Source: an uncultured Candidatus Saccharibacteria bacterium (lineage in GTDB: Bacteria; Patescibacteriota; Minisyncoccia; Phycocordibacterales; WO2-35-19). From it: a stretch of DNA of 64,000 nucleotides. The notes below the pieces were generated by a model that did no database searches, was not told the DNA's origin, and saw nothing but the letters and a program-made list of their open reading frames with translations. A program made the position numbers and the translations under genes. The stretch covers positions 20,615 through 84,614 of the forward strand of contig CAZAXK010000001.1 in the NCBI GenBank assembly GCA_964489135.1. The letters run 5' to 3'. Below, piece after piece: positions 55,597-64,000 of the stretch. How positions within the stretch are numbered: the stretch's first letter is position 1; each line of letters opens with the position of its first letter.

Positions 55597-56969
55597 ACAT
55601 ACATCTATATAACACCCTAACTGGCAAGAAAGAGGTCTTTGAGCCCATATCGGCAGACGAAGTCGGTATGTATCACTGCGGACCCACTGTTTACAACTTT
55701 CCCTCTATTGGCAATATGCGCTCCTACGTACTCGCAGACACACTGCGGCGAACCTTTGAGTACTTCGACTATAAAGTCGATCAGGTTATAAACATTACGG
55801 ATGTCGGGCATTTAGTCGGCGACGGTGACGACGGTGAGGACAAGGTGGAAAAAAGTGCAAAAGCCTTGGGTAAATCGGCGCTGGAGATTGCCAAATTTTA
55901 TGAAGAGGCTTTTTACAATGATCTTGCACTTCTCAATATTAATACCCAGGACACGAAATTTCCTAGAGCATCCGAACACATAGCCGAACAAATTGAAATT
56001 ATAAAAATACTTGAAGAGAAGGGCTTTACCTACCAAACTTCTGATGGCTTATATTTCGACACTGCCAAATACAGCGACTATGGCAAGCTCGGCAATATCC
56101 ATCTGTCTGGTCTAAAGCAGGGTGCCCGCGTCGGGATGGGAGAAAAAAGAAATCTGACAGATTTTGCTTTATGGAAATTCTCATTGGATAAGCAGAGGTT
56201 GCAGGAATGGGATAGCCCGTGGGGAGTAGGGTTCCCAGGTTGGCACATAGAATGCTCAGCAATGAGCCGAAAGTACCTCGACCAACCATTTGATATCCAC
56301 ACCGGAGGAATCGACCACATACCGGTTCATCACAACAACGAAATTGCGCAGTCCGAGTGCGCTTTTGATGTTCCGCTCGCCCACTACTGGCTCCATAACG
56401 AATTCATTAAAATCGACAACGAGAAGATGAGCAAGTCTTTGGACAATATTTATACCGTCGAAGATTTGCGCAAAAGAAAAATTCATCCTCTTGCTTTCCG
56501 GTATTGGCTTTTGACTTCGCATTATCAAACACCTGCAAACTTTACATGGGAAGCCGTGGCCGGAGCGCAGAACGCGCTCGAAAGCGTCGTCACAAAATAC
56601 AATCAATCAGCCCATGAGGCAGAAACGATACCCGATCTTGATTATTCCCTGATACAGGAGTTCGAGCAAGCGATCAGTGATAATTTAAATACCCCCGTAG
56701 CAATCGCTATTCTTCAAAAAGCCACTCAGCGCAAAACACTCGAACATATCGATCAAGTACTTGGGCTCGATATAAAAAATCTCGAGAGAAAGCTCCACCA
56801 AATTCCGGACGAAATTGTCGAACTCAAGAAGGAACGCGACCACGCCCGAGCTGAAAAGGATTGGCAAAAATCCGACGCACTCAGAAAAGAGATTGAGTCT
56901 CAAGGATTTGTTCTTGAAGACAAGGAAAACACGAGCTCAGTAAGAAAAACTCTATCCTCTATTATTTAG
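55587..56969 (+). CDS. cysS: cysteinyl-tRNA synthetase
   Basis: HIGH-region (CGPTVYNFPSIGNMRSYV) and KMSKS. Overlaps the corA 3' end by 10 nt. Confidence 0.9.
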   Translation: MDMNIHLYNTLTGKKEVFEPISADEVGMYHCGPTVYNFPSIGNMRSYVLADTLRRTFEYFDYKVDQVINITDVGHLVGDGDDGEDKVEKSAKALGKSALEIAKFYEEAFYNDLALLNINTQDTKFPRASEHIAEQIEIIKILEEKGFTYQTSDGLYFDTAKYSDYGKLGNIHLSGLKQGARVGMGEKRNLTDFALWKFSLDKQRLQEWDSPWGVGFPGWHIECSAMSRKYLDQPFDIHTGGIDHIPVHHNNEIAQSECAFDVPLAHYWLHNEFIKIDNEKMSKSLDNIYTVEDLRKRKIHPLAFRYWLLTSHYQTPANFTWEAVAGAQNALESVVTKYNQSAHEAETIPDLDYSLIQEFEQAISDNLNTPVAIAILQKATQRKTLEHIDQVLGLDIKNLERKLHQIPDEIVELKKERDHARAEKDWQKSDALRKEIESQGFVLEDKENTSSVRKTLSSII

Positions 56970-56979
56970 CGATTCAGTG

Positions 56980-59900
56980 TTATTGCGACGACAAGCTTTT
57001 TATCCGCGCTCTAGTCCCCGGCCCAACATTGCCATACCCAGTCGTCTGCGGACTACCACTCGAGACGATACCTTCTGCTCTTTGGAAAGATTTGACCGCA
57101 GCTTCAGTGAGGCGACCAAAAAATCCAATTGCATTACCCGGAGCTAAGTATCCTTTTGATATGAGGAAGTTTTGGAGCACGGTGACATCAGCGCCTTGTG
57201 AGCCGTATGAGAGATTGCGAGAGAGGTTTACGCCTCCGGTCGCAGAAGTGACCCCACCTGATGCAGTAGTGACAGATCCCGAGGAAGACGAGCTTTGGCC
57301 AGAACCAACAGAAAGTATTGCAATTCTTGCCCGAGTTTTTGCACCCGCAAGGCCGTATCCAGTCGTAGCGGCACTTCCGCTCGAGACTATGCCTTCCGCT
57401 CTTTGGAAAGATTTGACTGCCGCTTCAGTCAGTCGGCCGAAGAAGCCGATCGCGTTGCCTGGAGCGAGGTATCCCTTGGAGATGAGGAAGTTTTGCAAAT
57501 CAGTCACATCTTTACCCTCCATACCATATGCAAGGGTGCGTGATAGGACCACACCTATACCCACCGCATTACCAGGGACTGTGGCTGTGGAAGTAGGAGC
57601 TGTGATCGTTGCAGTAGTTCTCCCTGATGAAGATCCACCACCACCAGAAGATCCTCCGCCCGAGGAAGAAGTCGTGGTAACGACGGTAGTGCCACCACCG
57701 CCGCCGCCACCTCCACCTGAACCACTCGATGCTGTGCCTGAGTTGCCTTCGGCGTTAGTGGTAAATGACACAGTTACCGGGTCGGAGTAGTCGCCGTATT
57801 CATCTTTCAAAAAGATCGAGTAGTAATATTTGGTCAATGGCTTAACCGCCTCATCATGATAGCCAAGCTCCGAGCAGGCAAGGCTTGCGACCAAGCTTGT
57901 CTCTTCGGGTACAGTGATGAACCCAGTTTCGGATCTATAAACTTTAATGTTGGCGCACAATTCGTAATCAATTTTATCCCACTTGAGAATAACTGATCCT
58001 TCAGAAGCGGTGACATTCAGAATTTTTGGTGGTTTAGATGGTCTTTGCAAAGTAGAGAACGGCACAACGACAGAGACCGCTTCTCCCCCACCACTCGCTC
58101 TTGCCCTTACGCGTAAGTTGTAACTTTTACCAGGTTGCAATCCGCGCAAATCAATAACATGGTCCTTCGCATAGACAAAAGAAAATGTGGTCGAAGAAGT
58201 AAAGCTCTGGTCAGTACTCCATTCGGCCTTGACGACGGCCTGAGAATCTAGATGCACGGCGACACTAGCAGACTTATATTCTGGATCAATTGTTGGGTTA
58301 GACAAAAAGACAGGAGTCAGCGCAGAAACCGGAGGCGTAACAGCATTCACTGCGACAGAAGCACTCGCCGAAGCCGACCCACCGTTACCAGAACAGGAAA
58401 TGTTGTAGGTAGTGTTAGCGGTTGGAGCAACAGAAGCCGAACCCGACGTACTTGTCTGGTTTGTCCACGAGGCCGAACAACTTGAAGCATTGGTTGAGGA
58501 CCAGCTCAACGTAACACTGTTGCCTTGATCTACAGAAGTCGGGTTAGCGCTAAGGGTTACTGTTGGAGCGGTGTTTGTCGGAGGATTGGTTGGATTTGGA
58601 ACGGTAGTAGTCGCAATAGTACCGGTACGCGGGAGGAAAGCCCACTTTGGACTCCCGTTAAATCGATCTTGATAATCGATATGGCTCTTAAACCAGTCCC
58701 AAGCTGTTTGTCCAGAAATTCCATTCCAAGAAAAATTGGTTAGGAAACTTGAAGCGCCATAACTTAGTATTGAGTACCCGCCTTCATAGTCGTGATCATT
58801 CACAAAGTCGGTGGTACGCGTCTGATACTGCGAGAGCATGGCGTTCTTTACCTCGGCCCAAGTCTGGAAGTAATTGCCGTTCTTATCAGTTGAAGGCGTG
58901 CGGTAATTTTGGAGGAAATAAGGACTGTAAGTCGGATCGAATACTTGGCCAAGCAGATTCTGAGCAAAACGTTCTCGAAGTGGTCGAATTTGGGTAAAGC
59001 CCAACTCATCCAAGTGTCCAAGCACTACATGCAAGAACGCATTTTGGAATGGGATGCTTACGTTATTGGCTTTTGTAAGATCGGCTTCGCCGTCAGCCCC
59101 GTATCCCTTAGACCAGAAGTTGAGAGCATTAGGAAATTTACCGAATTTATTTTTGCCGATACACCAGATCGATGTTTCGGTGTAGGCGTTAAACGGATTT
59201 GTAGTACATGGACTATAATAGCTTCCGTTTTGGATATCAAATGAACCTTCACGCACAGCGATATTGTTGATCATCTTGTCGGTATAGTATTTCTTTTCGG
59301 GAGTGCTGTCCGGCGCCAAAAACGCCGCTTCGCCCAAGCCACGAAAACTCCACGCTACTCCACGATCCTCGTTGCCGATCAAACCTTTGCCAAAGATACG
59401 ATTATTTGGATTTGTGGTATGAAGTATATAAGAGGCTTCGTTGTACATACCTTCGAGGAAGTACCAGTCGCCCGTAAATAGGTATGGCAAGTAGAAGCTA
59501 TTTGGGAAATGATTTACGTCTACGATCCAGCCCACATTGGAAGTCTTATCGACAGCAAACTGATAATCGCCATCTTGGTCTGAACTCTTACTTATATTTG
59601 AGTAAGTTTTTGGGCGAGCATCAAGAGACATTGACCTGCCGAACATGTCATCGGACATTCCAGTGACGAAAAGCTTGCCTGTTTTCGACTCACGGGCAAA
59701 CATAGGAATCATGTTTGAAGCATTACCGTTGCCCACTAGCTCTTGGAACAATTCTGGTACTCTCGAATCGGAAGTCTTCATTGCATACAAGTAGACCATC
59801 TGCCATGTGGTAAAGAGACCGATGTCAGGACGCTGACCTGCATCAAATTGGTTTTTCCAGATCTGACCTTGTACCGCGCTCGAATCATTTGTACCCGGTT

Positions 59901-62103
59901 CACCTTTATCACTATTACGCCATCCCGGGGTAGTACCCACAGAATGATAGTAGCCGGTATCCAACATACTGGTAATAGCACTATTCGTAATATTTAGGTC
60001 AGGATTGAAGTTGGGGATGGCTTTGGTGTACGCCAAATATGGAAGATTGTAGTCAATGTATACTGCCGGAGGTTGAGCACCGATAGAAAATGTCTTGCGC
60101 CAACGAGTCTTTGCAATGTGTTTGATATTGGCCTTTGAGTAAACCGGAGTAAGGCCTCTTCCAATCTTCAAGACCAGATCATAAAATTGGTCTTGAAGCT
60201 TTTGCGTCCACATGTTTTCGAGAATCATATCTACCTTGGTTGACTCGGGAGATTTTGGGGTGAATGTTGCGACGAAAATAGGGTGCATTGATTTAAAGGT
60301 AGAAGTGTCGGCTGGTCTCCAACCTGTCTGATCTTCGACGGTAGCGAATTCTCCCCATGCCGCTATCCCAACTTCCGTTGTGCCTCCATATTTTCGTCCA
60401 TCATAGTTCGGACAGCTACTTACGCCGAATTGAATCGTATTTCCAGTCTTGCCACAAACACGCATCCGCTCATTAAAGAGTTTGATAACTGAAGGCACAG
60501 GAATATCGCTTGCATCGAGCACATTCATGCTGGTGTCTCCAGCTCTAAAGTAACCGTTGGGTGTGGCCAAGAAACTTGCGGTATTTTTGTAACCAAAATC
60601 GTATTTGAGCGCTGTGGATCGGTCTTCTAGAATGATCTGAGTGACAATAGGACCTTTGAGCCAATATCTGAAATCGCCATTTTGGAGCATCTCACGAGCG
60701 CTGGCTTTCTGTGTATTGCCGTCTTTGCTCGTCTCTATCACCGCCTCGAAATCATACCCCGAGGCAAGCATCTGATCTTTTGTAAGAGCAAGACCAACAC
60801 CGCAATTACAGGAGGATTGATTTATGAAATCGACTGCAGTCGAGCCATTATTTGGCACATCAGCAACAAAAGAAATCATTGCATGCTTAACGCTACCATC
60901 TTCATACCGGCTCATAACATCTGCTTGGGTTTCCGTGGGCGAACCACCTATGCGGGCTTTGGGATAATTGAGTATCTCACCTTTGGCAAATATTCGCGAT
61001 ACAGTGAATGTTTTGTTGTTTGCATCGACGGTGCTGAAATTTTTCAGAACAACTCCGTTGCCTGATGCGGGATAATTTTCTGTAATGCTGGAGTAAGAAA
61101 CTGAAGGGGTGTTAATGACCGGCAACGGCTGGCTGACTGTTGTCGTCGTCGCGCTCACCACCACTGGAGAAGTTGAGGTTGCTGTTGGCGTTGTTTGAGT
61201 ACTTGTTGTTGTGGTTGCTTGTGTGTTTGTGTTTGAGCTAGTCGTATTGGACGTATTAGTCGTAGTATTGGTCGTATTGGTAGTGGTTGTGGTATTCGAA
61301 GAAGTATCAGGAGGGGTCGAGGTTTCGCCACGATAGTTGTACAACTCCGTTATTTCATCGATTGTCAGCACTCTACTGTAGATTCGCATATCATCCATCA
61401 CACCAATAAAGGGCGCTTTTTGCCCGTCGCTCCTGTCACCGATTAGAAGTTTTGGATTTGTAGTCAGACTTGCTGTTGGGGCCGTAGCAGTAGACTCAAG
61501 CACTGCGTCTGAGTAAACTTTTATTTCTCCACTTGTTTTATTGCGAGTAGCACATACATAGTGCCACGATGCATCAACCAAATTTTTCTTTCCATATACC
61601 GAAGTATCTGATCCGGTACCAGATCCAATACCCAGAACCAAAACACCTGAACCGTTTACACCAAAGGTATAGTCATTGCCACTACCCGGCCACGATGACG
61701 CAGCGATCGCACGCGACTCGTAGTGTGTGGGGCCTATCCCTTTGCGCTCAGGTTTGATCCAAGCACAAATCGAAAAGTCATCTTGCACCGGCCGATCAAC
61801 CTTGACTGAACTTGAGGCATTCAATGAGTATGCGGACCCTATAATGCCGGACACCAGATCCACACCAGAAACAGTTGGCTCGTAATTTGAGCTTAGAATA
61901 AACCCACCGCTAGAAGGGGTCGAAAGATTATCAAAGGGATAATGTGCCACAAGATCCTGAGTGGCAAAAGCCCCAAGCACGGCCGCTCGGTTTTCTGTTG
62001 TAGGCACACTATCCTGATCACCAAAATACATCTGTAAACCTTTTATTCCGAGAGCCAAGAGAACCAAGAGCGCCAAGTAGAGGGCCAGTTTTTTAAAAGT
62101 CAT
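56980..62103 (-). CDS. giant (1707 aa) cell-surface protein: signal/TM, LamG-like jelly-roll domain, Thr-rich linker, large central domain of unknown function, FN3-like repeats, Gly-rich linker, two C-terminal peptidoglycan-binding (PGBD-like) domains
   Basis: N-terminal TM (LALYLALLVLLALGI). LamG/ConA-like features (ICAWIKPERKG...WHYVCATR..G.IKVYSD...LLIGDRSDG..FIGVMDDMRIYSRVLT). Two Ig/FN3-like segments. Two copies of DVTDLQNFLISKGYLAPGNAIGFFGRLTEAAVKSFQRAEGIVSSGS (PG_binding_1 pattern). Confidence 0.8.
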   Translation of the reverse strand: MTFKKLALYLALLVLLALGIKGLQMYFGDQDSVPTTENRAAVLGAFATQDLVAHYPFDNLSTPSSGGFILSSNYEPTVSGVDLVSGIIGSAYSLNASSSVKVDRPVQDDFSICAWIKPERKGIGPTHYESRAIAASSWPGSGNDYTFGVNGSGVLVLGIGSGTGSDTSVYGKKNLVDASWHYVCATRNKTSGEIKVYSDAVLESTATAPTASLTTNPKLLIGDRSDGQKAPFIGVMDDMRIYSRVLTIDEITELYNYRGETSTPPDTSSNTTTTTNTTNTTTNTSNTTSSNTNTQATTTTSTQTTPTATSTSPVVVSATTTTVSQPLPVINTPSVSYSSITENYPASGNGVVLKNFSTVDANNKTFTVSRIFAKGEILNYPKARIGGSPTETQADVMSRYEDGSVKHAMISFVADVPNNGSTAVDFINQSSCNCGVGLALTKDQMLASGYDFEAVIETSKDGNTQKASAREMLQNGDFRYWLKGPIVTQIILEDRSTALKYDFGYKNTASFLATPNGYFRAGDTSMNVLDASDIPVPSVIKLFNERMRVCGKTGNTIQFGVSSCPNYDGRKYGGTTEVGIAAWGEFATVEDQTGWRPADTSTFKSMHPIFVATFTPKSPESTKVDMILENMWTQKLQDQFYDLVLKIGRGLTPVYSKANIKHIAKTRWRKTFSIGAQPPAVYIDYNLPYLAYTKAIPNFNPDLNITNSAITSMLDTGYYHSVGTTPGWRNSDKGEPGTNDSSAVQGQIWKNQFDAGQRPDIGLFTTWQMVYLYAMKTSDSRVPELFQELVGNGNASNMIPMFARESKTGKLFVTGMSDDMFGRSMSLDARPKTYSNISKSSDQDGDYQFAVDKTSNVGWIVDVNHFPNSFYLPYLFTGDWYFLEGMYNEASYILHTTNPNNRIFGKGLIGNEDRGVAWSFRGLGEAAFLAPDSTPEKKYYTDKMINNIAVREGSFDIQNGSYYSPCTTNPFNAYTETSIWCIGKNKFGKFPNALNFWSKGYGADGEADLTKANNVSIPFQNAFLHVVLGHLDELGFTQIRPLRERFAQNLLGQVFDPTYSPYFLQNYRTPSTDKNGNYFQTWAEVKNAMLSQYQTRTTDFVNDHDYEGGYSILSYGASSFLTNFSWNGISGQTAWDWFKSHIDYQDRFNGSPKWAFLPRTGTIATTTVPNPTNPPTNTAPTVTLSANPTSVDQGNSVTLSWSSTNASSCSASWTNQTSTSGSASVAPTANTTYNISCSGNGGSASASASVAVNAVTPPVSALTPVFLSNPTIDPEYKSASVAVHLDSQAVVKAEWSTDQSFTSSTTFSFVYAKDHVIDLRGLQPGKSYNLRVRARASGGGEAVSVVVPFSTLQRPSKPPKILNVTASEGSVILKWDKIDYELCANIKVYRSETGFITVPEETSLVASLACSELGYHDEAVKPLTKYYYSIFLKDEYGDYSDPVTVSFTTNAEGNSGTASSGSGGGGGGGGGTTVVTTTSSSGGGSSGGGGSSSGRTTATITAPTSTATVPGNAVGIGVVLSRTLAYGMEGKDVTDLQNFLISKGYLAPGNAIGFFGRLTEAAVKSFQRAEGIVSSGSAATTGYGLAGAKTRARIAILSVGSGQSSSSSGSVTTASGGVTSATGGVNLSRNLSYGSQGADVTVLQNFLISKGYLAPGNAIGFFGRLTEAAVKSFQRAEGIVSSGSPQTTGYGNVGPGTRARIKSLSSQ
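57035..57510. repeat. diverged direct repeat (~165 nt units, ~305-nt period) encoding the two PGBD-like domains
   Basis: Units at about 57035-57200 and 57340-57510 encode an identical 46-aa peptide but differ at many synonymous positions. Confidence 0.65.
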
Positions 62104-62222
62104 AATTGTATTTTATAAAAAAATAAATCCAGTCTTGGGGCAAACCAAGGCCTATATTAACTATACCCTAACCACCCATACCTCAAAGTCCGGCTGGTGA
62201 TAACGATTTTTGTCCTAAATGA

Positions 62223-62966
62223 TCAGTTTGGTAAGGATCTCAACCATAGGTCTGTCTCCTCAAACAGTTCTCTTTCATCCTCCCAATTATCAAAACAGTG
62301 ATCAGCGTGCTTTATACTAACCAGCTTTTTTGGTTTGTTGGCCAGATCAAAATACTTCTTGCCTGCCTCCGAATTCCCCTTCCTTCCGGAAGTGATAAAT
62401 AAGACCGGTTTATTAATTTTCATTATCAACTCCCCACAATCAGGAAAATTTTTGAGTTCATCGATAAATCCTCTCCCTACCATATACTCAAACCCAAAAT
62501 CATATACATACGCATTAACTTTTTTATTAAATCCCAAATCAGCAGTATCTGATTTTTTCAAATTTATGTAAGAGGCATCCCAAAATACAAATCCTTGAAC
62601 CAATGACTGATCTGCGAAAAGCAGAGATGTACCGCCATAACTATGACCAACAATAAATATCCTTTTGTATTTTTTCCGGAAGTGCTTTGCGACTGTTGTA
62701 ATATCCTTCCCATGCAAACTTATTTTTACATCTCTGAAATGTCTGCTCCCCTTCTGGCCCCCTCCGTACAGATTGAAACGAAATGTGTCAAATCCTCTTT
62801 CTGTTAAATACCTAGACCCATTAAAGAAAATGTGCTCGTTTTGATGACCAGTAAATCCGTGCACAAATATAACTAGCCGAGTTGACTTAGGTTTTGCAAT
62901 ACCTAACGTCCCGTATAAGTATTTACCGTCATGTGTCTTTATTTTCAATTCTTTTTCCATATTCAC
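62223..62966 (-). CDS. alpha/beta hydrolase fold protein
   Basis: Nucleophile elbow GHSYGG, and upstream HGFTG oxyanion region; 247 aa. Confidence 0.7.
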   Translation of the reverse strand: MNMEKELKIKTHDGKYLYGTLGIAKPKSTRLVIFVHGFTGHQNEHIFFNGSRYLTERGFDTFRFNLYGGGQKGSRHFRDVKISLHGKDITTVAKHFRKKYKRIFIVGHSYGGTSLLFADQSLVQGFVFWDASYINLKKSDTADLGFNKKVNAYVYDFGFEYMVGRGFIDELKNFPDCGELIMKINKPVLFITSGRKGNSEAGKKYFDLANKPKKLVSIKHADHCFDNWEDERELFEETDLWLRSLPN

Positions 62967-63013
62967 TTGGGTTATGTACGGATCAGCATACCAAGCTATA
63001 GCCGAAATTGCAC

Positions 63014-63041
63014 TTGCCTAAAACATCTCGTTTGCTATAAT
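63014..63041 (+). promoter_or_regulatory. sigma-70-like promoter (TTGCCT-N16-TATAAT) on the + strand, antisense to the 3' end of the MazF-like gene
   Basis: TTGCCT 63014-63019, TATAAT 63036-63041. Followed by a CCCTCTCGAAAGAGGG hairpin and a weak CGGAGAAATCCG-TTTTTTATTTT terminator-like element at 63105-63127. No plausible + strand CDS. Confidence 0.35.
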
Positions 63042-63092
63042 ATGCTCATATTTGGGGTTACCCACGTTCCCTCTCGAAAGAGGGGGAGAATA

Positions 63093-63482
63093 TCAAGAAT
63101 AAAGGCGGAGAAATCCGTTTTTTATTTTAGCTATATCGGCCTCGTCCAAAGATCCCATTTTTTCGTACATTCTCAAATGACTGAGAACTCTTATTTGGGC
63201 TAGGTTAGCAACCGCTTCTTTCCCTTGAAAAGATATCTCCACATACCACGTTCCTTTCTTGTCACTGGTCGATAGTGGTATCCCAAGAAATCCATTTGCG
63301 CTTAATTTTTTGTAAATATAAACCGGTCGCGAAAAAGGCCTCCCCTTGCCATTTACTTCAACGCCGACATTTTCGCCAATAGCACACCACCAAATCTCCC
63401 CTTCCTTAAATAAGGGTGGCTTATTATCTGCATTGTGTAGTTTCTCTTTCAAACCAAACCACTCGAGAAATCTCTTAATCAT
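63093..63482 (-). CDS. MazF/PemK-like endoribonuclease toxin-fold protein (no adjacent antitoxin gene)
   Basis: GEIWWCAIGENVGVEVNGKGRPFSRPVYIY...GFLGIPLSTS...VANLAQIRVLS follows the MazF/PemK pattern G(D/E)I..vdf...G.E..g.RP.vV...P.T...dQi. Start at ATG 63482 (MIKRF). The longer ORF-track start would overlap the tRNA. Confidence 0.55.
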   Translation of the reverse strand: MIKRFLEWFGLKEKLHNADNKPPLFKEGEIWWCAIGENVGVEVNGKGRPFSRPVYIYKKLSANGFLGIPLSTSDKKGTWYVEISFQGKEAVANLAQIRVLSHLRMYEKMGSLDEADIAKIKNGFLRLYS

Positions 63483-63529
63483 TAATAAAATTGTAGCATC
63501 AATAAATGCCAGTTGGAAACAAATTAATG

Positions 63530-63600
63530 TGCGACTAGGGAGAATCGAACTCCCGTCTAATGCTTGGGAAGCACTCATTCTGCCACTAAACTATAGTCGC
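63530..63600 (-). tRNA. tRNA-Gly (anticodon CCC), 71 nt, CCA not encoded
   Basis: Minus-strand sequence GCGACTATAGTTTAGTGGCAGAATGAGTGCTTCCCAAGCATTAGACGGGAGTTCGATTCTCCCTAGTCGCA. 7-bp acceptor stem GCGACTA/TAGTCGC; T-arm GGGAG-TTCGATT-CTCCC; anticodon stem AGTGC/GCATT with loop TTCCCAA. Confidence 0.8.
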
Positions 63601-63630
63601 GTAGCACGGGGCTATTCTAGCACAAAATTA

Positions 63631-64000
63631 TTAGTCGTTTCCAAACCACCCCTTTATCTTGGACCAGAGTGATTGAGATCTTTTCTGAGTCGATGAGGCG
63701 TTCGATTCATCCACGAATATGGCCACCTTTTCGCCACTGCCGGCCACGTTGAATTTCTTGCGTAGTTCAAACTCGACTCCATCACTCGTCTCCAATCGAG
63801 AGGCAAATTGCTCTAGCGACTCTTGTCGGGACTTCAGATCCTCGATTTCCGCTTTCATCCGATCAAGCGCCTGTTCAGCCCCATTCTTCTTTATGTATAC
63901 CCGCCGGACCGAATTGCCGAGAAGTACGAGCAATAACAGCAAGAGGAAAAAAGTGAGAATTTTCTTCAGCTTCTCCTTTGACTTTGTGTTGACCCCGCGC
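63631..64000 (-). CDS. septum formation initiator (FtsB/DivIC-like) coiled-coil membrane protein, 5' end beyond window
   Basis: Frame open to the window edge. Encodes a short N-terminal region, TM (ILTFFLLLLLVLLG), then a coiled coil (ALDRMKAEIEDLKSRQESLEQFASRLE). No in-window ATG; the ORF-track start is a TTG. Confidence 0.5.
   Translation of the reverse strand, partial: RGVNTKSKEKLKKILTFFLLLLLLVLLGNSVRRVYIKKNGAEQALDRMKAEIEDLKSRQESLEQFASRLETSDGVEFELRKKFNVAGSGEKVAIFVDESNASSTQKRSQSLWSKIKGWFGND

Noticed and set aside
57029-57790. 253-aa plus-strand ORF inside the giant surface-protein gene
   Set aside because: Antisense to the PGBD repeat region. Its internal duplication only mirrors the sense-strand repeat.
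63483-63578. Longer start (63578) for the MazF-like gene given by the ORF track
   Set aside because: It would overlap the tRNA-Gly gene at 63530-63600 on the same strand. The ATG at 63482 precedes the conserved MazF core.

Overview
The window is about 45% GC, gene-dense and mostly housekeeping. Its gene content and organisation look like a reduced-genome bacterium of the CPR/Patescibacteria type, but that placement is an inference.

Main content:
- Ribosomal protein/RNA polymerase cluster: infA-rpmJ-rpsM-rpsK-rpsD-rpoA-rplQ, then rplM-rpsI.
- Chaperone genes grpE-dnaK-dnaJ.
- Cell-wall genes: mltG, a D-Ala-D-Ala carboxypeptidase, mraY-ftsW-murG and an M23 peptidase.
- Several shortened aminoacyl-tRNA synthetases (alaS, trpS, aspS, gltX, cysS).
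- rpmA/rplI, scpAB, one tRNA-Gly(CCC), and many peptidases and transporters.

Accessory content worth a second look:
1. A four-gene nuclease/repair island at 4568-7147: an ATP-cone-Mrr endonuclease, a Cas4-like 4-Cys PD-(D/E)XK nuclease, a small Ogt-like alkyltransferase and a family-4 uracil-DNA glycosylase.
2. A NUDIX / deoxyribosyltransferase-like / EEP nuclease operon at 9765-11472.
3. A surface-protein biogenesis neighbourhood at 42050-52680. It holds a secreted SLT-like lysozyme, an 830-aa Cys/Thr-rich surface protein and a GC-rich S8 subtilase that looks horizontally acquired and has a consensus promoter. On the opposite strand sit a DsbA and a HlyD/ABC/FtsX exporter.
4. A 1707-aa surface protein at 56980-62103 with a LamG-like domain, FN3-like repeats and two tandem peptidoglycan-binding domains.
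5. Two GC-rich, hairpin-dense intergenic blocks at 22820-23080 and 33058-33270 that may be structured ncRNAs.
6. A solitary MazF/PemK-like toxin gene next to the tRNA.
7. Recurrent small AT-rich repeats (TTTTCAA heptamers, TTTCGTAT arrays).
8. A recurring TATAAT-N6-ATG arrangement that suggests widespread leaderless transcription.

No CRISPR array, rRNA or obvious transposase was seen.
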